Assembly: GCF_001194135.2 (NCBI RefSeq)
Contig: NC_068981.1
Span: 191,372,313-191,410,264 of the forward strand
Direction of reading: 5' to 3'
From: Octopus bimaculoides
Taxonomy: Eukaryota
DNA length: 37,952 bases
Part shown: one piece after another, positions 22,973 through 33,242 of the stretch
Position numbering within the stretch: position 1 is the first letter of the stretch
Layout: every line of letters starts with the position of its first letter
Notes under the pieces: generated by a model
The model's database searches: none
The model's input: the letters and a program-made list of their open reading frames with translations, nothing else
What the model was told of the DNA's origin: nothing
Program-made: the position numbers and the translations under genes

Positions 22973-24319
22973 CCACCTAGACTGACTGCTGACATCAGCC
23001 ATGTGATATCGTTACCGTGATAAGGGATATCAGTTCTCTTACTTCACTTCCTTTTTTTTTTTTCTACTTTTGCACTGCTTGACTCAGAGTATTCTTCCAC
23101 AGGTGCATCTCTCAACAACAATTCTTCATATTTGTTGCAGTTTTATTTATCCATCCATCAGTAACGTTTATTTTTGAAACATGTTAATGTTCCCCCCACC
23201 AACCATCCCATTCCCCACCTCTTTCTTTTTTTTTTTTTCTCTCCCCCAAACCAATTCCTTTATGTCCTTACTAGAATAAAAACCCAAAATTCATTGCTGG
23301 ACAGCTTCCACCAGCACTGCCATAGCTCTCCATCAGAAAAATATTCAAAAAAAAAAAAAAAAGACAAACTAAAATGATTTACTTTCCTTTCACATGTCTG
23401 ATGAAGGCGAGCCCAAAAGCCTGCCAAAGTTAAATTATTATTATTAAAATCACCCTCCCACTTTATTATCATTAATTATTATTAATATCATCACTTATTA
23501 ATTATTCTTTTTATTTGTCTGACATGAAAGTAATCCTCTTCATGCAACCTTCTCTAATAGAAGGATATATTTTACAAATTCATTCTTGCTTTAAAATAAT
23601 AAAGATAACATCTGTGACATTCGAGTTGGTTTTTGTTATTGTTTATAATTATTCTCTTCACTCTTATTTTATACAAATGTAATAATTTTCTATAATTACA
23701 AAATTATTTCAATTAAAAATTTCAATAAATTAGGGACTGAGCAAGATTTCTTAGTTAACTTTTTTGTAAAGTCTTTATATTTACAGAAGTCAGAATTTAA
23801 TTTGGAATATTTTTTTGTTCTTAGCTCTTGGTAAACCTGATCAAGTAGACCTGCTGTGTGGTGTATCTGGGACAACTGCATGTTTTGTTTTCCCCCCGCC
23901 TCTCTCTTTCTTTATTCAAGACAGCAACCAAATTGCATTCACATCCTTACTATTTCTAGCAGATTGAGACACCATGCGGAACCTCTACACTAATATCTTT
24001 GCATAAAATTTCAATAGAATTTAACTTTGTAAGAGCTTTAATCTATTTTTGAAATTTTATTTCAAACTTCTAAATTGAAAAGGAATTCCAAAAAAAAATT
24101 ACAGAACCTTAAGAATGATAACTCACTATGTTAAGACTGGTTTGTTACAACTATATACTTTCAAGTAAAATAGATACCCTAGGCAAGAATTTTGCCAGTT
24201 TATTGAAGCTAATAAGCACCACATTTACTGCCTGGTTTATATACAGAATGAGACAACTGGGCACAGCTGTTCAGATGCTGAAAATAGATATGGATGGGAG
24301 AATAAGTACCTTGTTGTCC

Positions 24320-24417
24320 TAAGGAAGGTTCAGTTTTAAAATTCCCTTTTGTTACCATATTTATTTTGTAAGGAAGGTTCAGTTTTAAAATTCCCTTTTG
24401 TTACCATATTTATTTTG
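24320..24417 (+). repeat. Perfect 49-bp tandem duplication
   Basis: TAAGGAAGGTTCAGTTTTAAAATTCCCTTTTGTTACCATATTTATTTTG occurs twice (24320-24368 and 24369-24417). Confidence 0.95.
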
Positions 24418-24990
24418 AGATATCGTTTCTTTCAATTTTAAATATAACAAAGAATTTAGTAAAATAACATAGTTATCATTAAGCTAGTGTTTGTGACGAA
24501 GGTTTGGAAGATTTAAATTCAAAACTTATGAAAACAAGACATTTGTACTACAGAGCTGGTTTCAGCTTGGTTGGTATCAGTGTATGAATATATAATTTTT
24601 TAAAAATTCTCATACTCAGAATCTCACTCGAATCTGTTCAAGGATGAATATATTTTTTTAACCTTAGAATGACATTTCCTCAACATTTATAATGTTCAGA
24701 TTTTGTTTGTTTAATCTTTAAATAAATTTTTGTGTAGTATTTTTACAATATAACCCTTTTGTTACATTTCTGTTAATCAACACTTCCTTTGTTGTAATTA
24801 ATTTTGAAAATAATGAATTCACTAAAACAAGTCCTTATTAAAAGCTGGTGCTTGAAACAAATTGACATGAAATTTTGACGGAATGTTTTTAGATCACTTT
24901 ATAAGAGAAAAATTTCTATTTTTAGATCACTTTATAAGAGAAAAATTTCTATCTTTGATAGCTGGTTCATACTAATTGGTATACAGTGTC
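24341..24990 (+). mobile_element. Two related TTAA/piggyBac-type MITE copies (about 24341-24570 and 24750-24990)
   Basis: Both begin (TAA/ATT)CCCTTTTGTTAC and share GAATT...TAAAA...TTA..AAGCT.GTG.TTG. Both end near TTGGTAT. Confidence 0.45.
24886..24951 (+). repeat. Perfect 33-bp tandem duplication
   Basis: TTTTTAGATCACTTTATAAGAGAAAAATTTCTA occurs twice. Confidence 0.95.
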
Positions 24991-25789
24991 AATTGCAAAT
25001 CCTGACAAGTATTACATACAGATGCATCACTAATCCACTTGATGCCACATCCAGTTTCATAAATCCCCTTTGGCCTACTTAAAATGCTAATTAACTCCAT
25101 CTTTCTACCCAGTTCATTCCATTTATCTCTCTCAAGTTGACATGGATATCCCTTTCGCCATGCACATTTTCCCTAGCTTCGACATGCTAGAAAATACAGC
25201 CAAATCTTCCCAAAAACTTTTGCACCTGAAACAGGTTTTTTTTTTTTTCTCAAAGCTTTTTGTATTGTTTGTTAGCTTTCTTTTCCACTACAAAGCTTCA
25301 AGCAAACTACAATGCTCACACAAAGTCTTTGACACAAAAGAAAAAAAAAAAATTCAGAATGGTCATGACTGGAATTCTTTATCAAAGGTCTGCTCCATTA
25401 GAATTGATGGTAGGGGTGGGAGTTAAACAAGGTTTGGAAATTTAAAGTTTTGATTGAAGCTCATTCTTGCATCTGCCATGGATGATCCTGCAACAATAAA
25501 TTCAGTGACAAATATAGCTTCCACTCTCCAACTGTTGCCAGTCTTAAAATACTATGATAAAGGAAAGCAATAAACAGAACTTCACTGAACAACCATTTAC
25601 ATCAAAGAATTGGCATATTCCAAGTGGAAGTTTACACTTAGAAATGATCAGGGGACAAAACACTTCTTTAGTCATCAGAGTGCAGCTGTGCTGGCTACTG
25701 CATTGAAGGATTTTAGTCCAACTAATTAACCCCAGTTATTTTTTTTTTCTTTCCAAGTCTGGTACTTTACCAAGTTATAGAGATAGTAA

Positions 25790-25957
25790 ACAAACCAACA
25801 CAGAAATATGTATATACAAAGCTTCCATCTATTCAATTCACTCACAAGGTATCAGATTGGGAGCTGTAGAAGATACCTAGGTGTTACAAAGTGGAACTGA
25901 ATCTAAAGACCCCATGGTTGCAAAACATGCTTCTTAGCCAGACATGCTTGTGCCTGG
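25790..25957 (-). mobile_element. tRNA-derived SINE, family A (degenerate, inverted)
   Basis: AATTCACTCACAAGG...GTAGAAGA...GGAACTGAA...CATGGTTG...CTTCTTAGCC. Confidence 0.55.
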
Positions 25958-26379
25958 AAAGATTTTTTCCTTAATGCATTATATAGAATCTCTTGTAGAC
26001 ATGCTCTAAACCCAGCTCAGTGATTAAGAAGTGCCATGTTACAACTGGATAGTTGGGATTTAGTCCTACTACAGCTCCAGGACAAAAACTCTTCAGTGGA
26101 TATATGGTAGACAAACTGGGAAGATGCCTGTCAGATACAAGTGAGCAAATTCAAGTCTCATTTTGAAAGTAACACAAAACTAGAGTTGGCAACAAGAGCA
26201 ACCACCCAAGTCTGTATGGATCAACACAAATCATTGAAACATGGGATACATCTATGGTTCAAACCCCAAAAGCTGTATCCTCCAACTTATTTATGCAACT
26301 ATCTCAATGTATGGTTTCTTATCAAGAGCACATTTTACAATACCTTCCATTAAGCCCAGACTTAAATGCATCTTAACAG

Positions 26380-27700
26380 GCTACCTTGTCACTACAAAAA
26401 GTGACACTTATCCGATGCCAGACTACTCGAAAATCCAATGAGAATTTCTTCAGAACACCATTATTACTTAAAAATAAAATTCAATGCAGAGCTAAAGAAA
26501 CTGTATTTGCAAATATGAGCAACAAGACTTCAAGGGAATTTAAGGTTCTAGATTTTTTCCATTCTCTCAACTGATGCAGTTGAAAATCTCATTTCCCTGC
26601 CAAATGTAGCTAATTGCTTAAATGATTTGCCCATCAATATTACAAAAGGTCACATCTATCATAGAAATTTTCCCAAACATGGCTGCTTAGATCATTTAGC
26701 TTGTGTACATCTAAAATGTTTGAGATACCTGGGAATGAAATATCACTTTGTACCTGGTTCATAAATTACTTTTCTACCTCCTCCAAAGCATTCTAACCAA
26801 GGAGTTGTGACTACAAGAACTAGCTGAACCAATTTCATTTAAGGCCACTGGCAATCTTGTCAGGTCCAGCTATTTATAATCAACTTTCACCACTCCCTCA
26901 AATTGTTCAACAATTCTTTCACCCATCATCCAGTAAAATTCACTTATGCTTAATCTTTCATAATATTCACAAAGGCTGAAAATGCTTGCCTCTTTTGCAT
27001 TCACTCAAAACAAGCTACTATTCTGAGATACCCAAAGATTTTTAAAAAGTCTAGTTCATTAATACACATACCTGTGCATCTATGTAGTCTCACCATGTGG
27101 AGAATTATTACCTACTTCAGGTATGCTCAATTCCCAGATCATAGCTACAGGAACTAAGTTATCAGTTAAGCTTGCCTTTCATTCTTTGCTGAAATCACAA
27201 TGTTGCACAACTGTATATTATGAAGTTGACTGGGTTGACAGTACAAGTTAAGCTAAGAGTGGGAGACAACATAGCAAAATGGAAAAATTTAAGCACCCAA
27301 GCATGTTATTTTGCTCTGCAGTAGCTGTTTCTAAGTGTAATCTATGAAGCACTAAATTTCAAAAGGTCCAGGAATATTTCCCTATTTTTATGTTAAAAGA
27401 CCTCACACTGTTTATAAATTATTTCCATACAATATCAATGACAGGTCTTGCATCACAAAATAAAACATCCCTTGTAAATTTCTAGCTTGATTCCTGAGAA
27501 ACATTCATTACAAAGCTTTCAGAAAGAATAACATTTTTAACAAGGTAATTTTTTTTGAAGTTGACATATCAGGTTAAACTACAAATATATGAAAAACTTA
27601 GTGGGGAATCCATTGATGCGACAATAGAACCATTTTCTCCAAACAGGCACTTGTAAATGGAGGAGGAAACAAATTGAAAAATTTGGAAATCCGTGTCAGC
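26380..27700 (+). mobile_element. Highly degenerate LINE reverse-transcriptase relic (CR1/L2/Jockey-like)
   Basis: Collinear decayed motifs across frames: QDFKGI*GS..SQLMQL, IYHRNFPKHGCLDH, WFINYFS, ILSGPAIYNQLSPLPQ, TYA*, PSMLFCSAV and KFQKVQEYF. These resemble, in the right order, QHGFR, DFSKAFDxxDH, WFxSYL, GPLLFIIYINDLP, YADD, PxLEYCS and LEKVQRRF. Confidence 0.4.
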
Positions 27701-28090
27701 ATTGGAGTTACACAAAAATCTTAGGTGCTGCATTGCTATCTAAAGACAAGCTTACTATAGGAGATACTTGGCTACCCCAGTAGGACAAGGAAGGAGAGGA
27801 AGAGTAAGAAATAGATGACGAGAGCAAGAGAAAATGGAGTGACCGAACTGGGGGAGGTAGATGTCAGCATACAGACTACAAAAATGCACGTGAGTGGAAG
27901 GACCTGCAGCAGGTGGTGATCATGGGCAGCTAGGAAGAGGGGTTGCAGTGTTTTGTCACAGGACAGATCATCTGAGAGAAAGTGGGTAAGGTGGTAAAGG
28001 AATAATCCTGTATGGATGGCCACAATTTTACCTAGCTCAAATCAGGTATATATAATATAAAAAAAAGGAAGGCAGGCATTTAAAAAAAGT

Positions 28091-28096
28091 TTTATT
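28091..28096 (-). terminator. Probable polyadenylation signal of eIF1 (AATAAA)
   Basis: AATAAA on the minus strand about 230 nt after the stop, followed by U-rich downstream sequence. Confidence 0.55.
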
Positions 28097-28322
28097 AATT
28101 GCATACAAAAAAAGTAATAAAGCACTAAAAGACAGCCATTCCCAAATAATGGGATAAATTTACATAGGTATCATGGCCAGTGATTCAGCCGAATTGAATG
28201 AAGATCTAATTTAAAAGAAAAAATTAGGATGGACAAATACATCAACGGCCAATAAATACATTGCTACCTGTTTTGAAGGTCCAAGTACATAGTAGCAATA
28301 GGCGCTGGATCAGCAGAGGTAC

Positions 28323-28337
28323 TTAGAAACCATGTAC
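28323..28337 (-). CDS. EIF1: eIF1/SUI1 exon 4 coding part (VHGF*)
   Basis: Acceptor tttcgttttAG at 28339-28338, then GTA CAT GGT TTC TAA, giving the canonical eIF1 C-terminus LKVHGF. Confidence 0.93.
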   Translation of the reverse strand, partial: VHGF

Positions 28338-28429
28338 CTAAAACGAAACGAAACATTACAAGATAATTACAGGAAAGAATTTAAATGACATACATACAAA
28401 TGGTCTTCAATAAAAATAACCATAGTTAC

Positions 28430-28561
28430 CTTTAACTGTTCATCTTTGGCAATCTTGCGACACTTCAGAAACTCCTTTATGTTGGTTCTCTGATCTCCTT
28501 GCAACTGTATAACTTCCCCGTACTCAGGATGGTCCACTACAGTACCATTACAGGCGAATTC
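28430..28561 (-). CDS. EIF1: eIF1/SUI1 exon 3 (EFACNGTVVDHPEYGEVIQLQGDQRTNIKEFLKCRKIAKDEQLK)
   Basis: Contains the conserved FACNGTV..HPEYGEVIQLQGDQR motif. Acceptor ttttaacAG at 28563-28562 and donor GTAACT at 28429. Length 132 nt, phase 0/0. Confidence 0.97.
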
Positions 28562-28683
28562 CTGTTAAAAAACACGACTTCCGTTAACAATACATAAACA
28601 CTTATTAAAATTAATATAACAATTGACAAAAGAAATTACGTCATAAAGCCCAAGAAAAGACATTTGATGCCAACCAAACTTAC

Positions 28684-28844
28684 TCTCTTGCAGGCCTTGA
28701 CTATCTTTTTTAAGTCGAATTGCGTCGAGATTCCTTGCACAGTAGTTAGGGTTTTTCGCCCGTTTCTCTGTTGAATCCGAATATGAATTATACTGTCTTG
28801 AACGCCAGCACAACCACCAACTTCATCGCTGGCAGTCTTCAGAT
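28684..28844 (-). CDS. EIF1: eIF1/SUI1 exon 2 (DLKTASDEVGGCAGVQDSIIHIRIQQRNGRKTLTTVQGISTQFDLKKIVKACKR)
   Basis: Contains the SUI1 signature IHIRIQQRNGRKTLTTVQG. Acceptor tttcAG at 28846-28845 and donor GTAAGT at 28683. Length 161 nt. Confidence 0.97.
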
Positions 28845-28895
28845 CTGAAACAACCAAAAATTCCTCAACTGAAGATTCCACTACAGCTGCCTGAC

Positions 28896-28906
28896 TGCGC
28901 ATGCGC
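28896..28906. promoter_or_regulatory. NRF-1/Erect-wing-type palindrome TGCGCATGCGC in eIF1 intron 1
   Basis: Perfect 10-bp palindrome GCGCATGCGC (28897-28906) in otherwise CpG-poor, AT-rich DNA; matches the established NRF-1 motif. Confidence 0.35.
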
Positions 28907-29122
28907 CTGCCAGCCCACTTTAGACACAAATGGCAACAGTTTGCTTTGCAATATATTACATACATTTTCAATCAGAAATAAACCAATAATGCATAATAAA
29001 ATCTGTACTGTTCAGTGACCAGATGAACCACCGAAAAAACAGATGCAGTTACATTGAAGTGCTTGGAACTGTGGCTATAGCCAATCCTCGAAAGACAAAA
29101 GATGGCAAGTTAGATATACACT

Positions 29123-29186
<64 letters not shown>

Positions 29187-29572
29187 ACACAACTGGATTT
29201 TGGGTTAGAGGAGAGAAGAACGAAAGATGATCAAAAGCAGTTTTAATTTATCCAACTGACAACACGAATAAATTCCTTTACAAAGAAAATTCTTCACTTG
29301 TAGATTTCAAATAAAAGTTATAATTTATCAAATTGGAAATTAGTCCATTTTTTTTCACCTCATCGGTAGAAGATATTAAAGTGTAATAGAATTCCTGTTA
29401 CGTACAATAAAGTTAAGGTTAGAAATTGGAATATTGTAAAAGTGAAGAAATTCCTAGTGTAGTGATTCCCTTTCGAAAACCAATATTGATTGCCCAGTTA
29501 TAGACAATCCAGAAAAGAGTGAATTTGAGACTACAAATATTTAAAAATGCATAAGCACTGAAAGGTACTTAC

Positions 29573-29648
29573 GAGTGGAGAAATGAAGAAAAACGAGTCA
29601 AAGACAGTTTTGGGATGAAAGATGAGAAAAAGATGGCGGAGGAAGAGA
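29573..29648 (-). promoter_or_regulatory. TCT-motif start, YY1 site and 5' splice donor in eIF1 intron 1 (candidate alternative non-coding first exon)
   Basis: TCTCTTC (29648-29642) fits the TCT consensus YCTYTYY. CCGCCATCTT (29639-29630) fits the YY1 consensus. Donor C|GTAAGTA at 29572. No ATG between the TCT motif and the donor. Confidence 0.45.
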
Positions 29649-29791
29649 GCAAAGTAGGCCATAAATAAATAAATCAATCTTGAAATGCATGAAGAAAACG
29701 GTTCTTCTACATTATATTTCGTAATAATCGGTTCTAGCGGTCTATTTTCTAGTAGTAGTTAGAATTTTAAGTGAAAATATTGGATACTTAC

Positions 29792-29819
29792 CTAAAGAAA
29801 GGCTCGGGATACAGGTCAT
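29792..29819 (-). CDS. EIF1: eIF1/SUI1 exon 1 (MTCIPSLSL-G, 28 nt coding)
   Basis: ATG at 29819-29817 and donor G|GTAAGT at 29791. The phase-1 end matches the phase-1 acceptor of exon 2. Start context TGT-ATG resembles the conserved poor eIF1 context. No upstream ATG for about 340 nt. Confidence 0.75.
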
Positions 29820-31767
29820 ACAGCAGGTAGTGTTTATTCCACCAAATGATATCAAACCCCGACAGTGAGGGGCGACGAAGGTTTTTTCTCGAGTTAAAAA
29901 GGAAAGCGAAGACTAAATCGATACACACAAAGGAAAAACCTTGTGTGTATGTATCAACTTGTTGATGGGTTTTATTTTAAAAAAAAACAGAAGAATTCAA
30001 GAAGAGCGAGTAGAAATGAAACACAGTTGAGTTGAAGAAAAGGCGAAATGAACTGCTCGTTGAGCAAGCAGGAAACAGACTGGCTTGGAGATCAGAGAGG
30101 AATGGCTGAGAATGACAAAGTATGGTTCTTTTATTGCGAATGGTGACGTTTCAACTAACTTCACATTTCAACCAATCAAAACCAAGTCTCACAAAATGTT
30201 CGAGAATAACGCAAATAGTTAGTAACCAAATTTTCTTTTTTACTCTACTGAATATTTATTTTTTCACTCTACTGAAATGTAATTTCATTGAATTAAATCT
30301 TATTTTGAACGTAAAACTTTAATATTATTTTACTATTATTCTTTTTTCTCGTGACAATGCTATTTCTCACCTACTCTGGTGTCTTCTTTTTTTCCCGTCT
30401 AAATTCTACATGTCAAATTTTGACAATCCATAACAGACATATTATTAGTATTAGTAAAATTATTTATGTAACGGTTTCACAGCTGAGCCAAAATTGCCAT
30501 GATTAATAGATAAATAACGTGTGTCTGTAAGTAACAGTACATAGAGGGAGTTCGAATGGAATTCTTTTCGAATTTGTTGGTTACTGATGATATATTGAAT
30601 AATTTATTTGCAAGCAATCACTCTCCAAAATCTATTCACACTTTTTTTTTTCCTTTCCACTCCTTTCACATGACTAATTGTACATATTTAATTTTCTTCA
30701 CTCGAGTAGTTTTACGTTATGATTTCCAGGAGGAAGAAAAAAGCCCCATCCTTAAATAATTAAAGCATGATAAAAGTAGGTATTTCAACCATAAAAATAA
30801 TGATAGCGTAGGGAGCAATCCGTATTTCACTTGTGTTTTACATGAAAAAAATAACTAATTATGGCGAACCTCTTAAATCCAGTCATCTCCTCGTAATAAG
30901 TAAGTATATTGTTTTCTACTGAAATTGACTGCATTTCAATGGAGAGTAATTTACTCAATATTGTAACTTCATTCGTGTTATATGTTTCTTCTTTGTAGCT
31001 GACCAAAAAATTAGTAATCTAGCTTGTAGAATACACTATACACACATTAAAATTGCGCATATATACATGTCTTCACTGATTTCAGTCATTAAACTCCGGC
31101 CATGCTCGAGCACCGCCTCGAAAGATGTATAAGATCGTTTCATTTACCTGTAAAAATACCTACATTGTTTTATTTTTAAATACCCCCAGGATCATTTTAT
31201 TATAAATAATTTCTAATAATTGTTTAATTCTAAATATAATCACAAACAAGATTTAAAACTATAATGATAATAATTACAATTATCTACATGCGTTACACAC
31301 GAGAAAACTGTACAGTCAATATATTTGTCAATTATTCTATTATCTCGATATTATTTAGTTGTTTTAATCGATTTCTTTAAAAGTCAATAAAAATGTATGT
31401 TTTTTCTGTTAGTGTGTTAATAAGAATTCGGTCGTATATTATATAATAATTATAAAGATGATACTCATGACAAATATTTAACATTTTTATCAATTGTAAA
31501 TAATATAATTTAAAGTTAATTTCATTGTTTACTTTTCTTTGGTGCATTTGCTTGACAGTTGTTTGATTCTATGGGGGGAAAAAATTGTGAAGAATATTTA
31601 GTGAAACCGAAAAGCTGTAGGAGGTCGGTTTGGAAGAAGACCAGACGACATGGAACCAAGAAGGAAACTGAGTAATGGCTACTGTACGCAGACCGACTGA
31701 GTGTGCTGGTTGGTGTAACTAAGTGAACATTTGGCTGATGAACATCTCTCACCAGTGAAATCAAGAC

Positions 31768-32110
31768 CAGAAATTTTGGGGAAGGAAGCTAGTTGATTAC
31801 ATTAACCCCAGTTCTTGAGTTGCACCTCGGCGGAATCTGAGATCCGAGCGTAAAGATGGACAAAATGCCGCTAAGCATTTTCCCCGACCTGTTAATGATT
31901 CTACCAGCTCGCTACCTTAATGATAATAATCGTTTCGAGTATAGGCGCAAAGCAAGATATTTTGGTGAAGGAGGCTTGTTGCTTACGTCGATTCCAGTAC
32001 TTGTACTTATTTTATCGACCCCCGAAAGGATGAAAGGCAAAGTCGACTTCGGCGTAATTTGAAGTTAAAGCGGACGAAATGCCGCTAAGCATTTTGCCCA
32101 GCGTGCTACT
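31768..32110 (-). mobile_element. Two adjacent family C SINE copies (about 31768-31917 and 31920-32110)
   Basis: Both carry GAAATGCCGCTAAGCATTT. One has ATTCTACCAGCTCGCTACC; the other has TTTATCGACCCCCGAAAGGATGAAAGGCAAAGTCGAC. Confidence 0.7.
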
Positions 32111-32989
32111 AAGACTCATCGAATTTGTGCAGACAACTGAATAACAAGCCCTCCATCGATTCAGGGAAGCAGTTCAAACAACATACTTTCTAAATGATTG
32201 TCTGACAGACCAACCAAATTTAAATCTCGGAGAAGGAAAAAGGACATGTAAGAAAATAGGTGAAATTATCTTTGACTTATAAAAAAAAGTATTTGAAACA
32301 TATATTTCTGTATTAAAAGGTAAAATACAATTATAGGAGGCATGCAGAAACGGAAACACACCATTTTCAATTTTTTTCACCCCAAGAAGTGATAGTTTTG
32401 ACGAGGTGACTCAAAGAACCAAATGTACTGAGCTTGCTCCCCTGTTTCAGTCTAACTTAAGCTACATAATACATGTCTATTATTTAGAATAATAGTTGGT
32501 GATTTGAAAGGAGGTGTGAATAGGGAAGAGGAGATTTCTTCTGACTAGATTACAGGTTCCATTTGTCATTTAAGATGGCTATAATTGATTGTATTGACTA
32601 AGGAGTTTTTGTTGTTTTTTTACTTTGGAAGAATGAAAGTTGACTTGGCAATGAGAACAGTGAAATATTACTTTAAGATCGTTTATGGGGTTGTCACACT
32701 GTCTCAATATTTTTGTGTGGTCTGGCACCATTACACCTAATTTGATGAAGTAAGCATTAATAACATTTAATAAAGAAATAGGTGGTGAAAAGAAGCCCAT
32801 TATTTATGCAAGTATGAGAGACAACTGAGTTTTGGCCTTATTGGAGCTCTTTAACAAAGCATAAACATCGTACTTGGTAGAATAGAGTGATATGATAATC
32901 ACTAAGTGTACACTTATAGGTGTAGAAGTATTCAAACAATAGGTTACTGCAATTCATTCATTTACTTTTATGCCTGTTTTTCCTAGCTA

Positions 32990-33090
32990 GCATGGCTTAG
33001 ATGAATATATTATTGGAGCATAGTTTCACAGCCGAATGCCTTCCTGTTGCTAACCCTTACCTGTTTGTCAAATAAAGGATATCTTATACC
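32990..33090 (-). mobile_element. RTE-tail family fragment
   Basis: CAGCCGAATGCCTTCCTGTTGCTAACCCTTACCTGTTTG, similar to the copy at about 9500-9560. Confidence 0.45.
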
Positions 33091-33242
33091 CCATGCCTTT
33101 GAATATATGAAGCCAGTATGGATGATTTGTTGATGGGAAATAACTGCAACATTACTGCTTGCAGCTGAGTGACTTTTGGCAAATGGAAACAAACAAAAAC
33201 ATACATGCAAGCATACCTATACATACATATATATACACATAC

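Noticed and set aside
23004-23032. TGATATC...GATATCA inverted repeat with a GATA cluster
   Set aside because: The 7-bp arms are expected by chance in AT-rich DNA and there is no other support.
26540-26640. Minus-strand FSTASVER resembling a hAT dimerisation motif
   Set aside because: It is an isolated short match flanked by stops; the plus-strand RT-relic reading explains the region better.
28845-28971. ATG at the start of tracked ORF 28636-28971 as the eIF1 start
   Set aside because: A good acceptor at 28845, a phase-matched upstream exon with eIF1-type context, and the expected protein length all favour exon 1 at 29819. The ORF tail 28636-28683 is intron 2.
28845-29572. Intronic snoRNA in eIF1 intron 1
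   Set aside because: I found no paired C/D boxes with a terminal stem and no H/ACA architecture.
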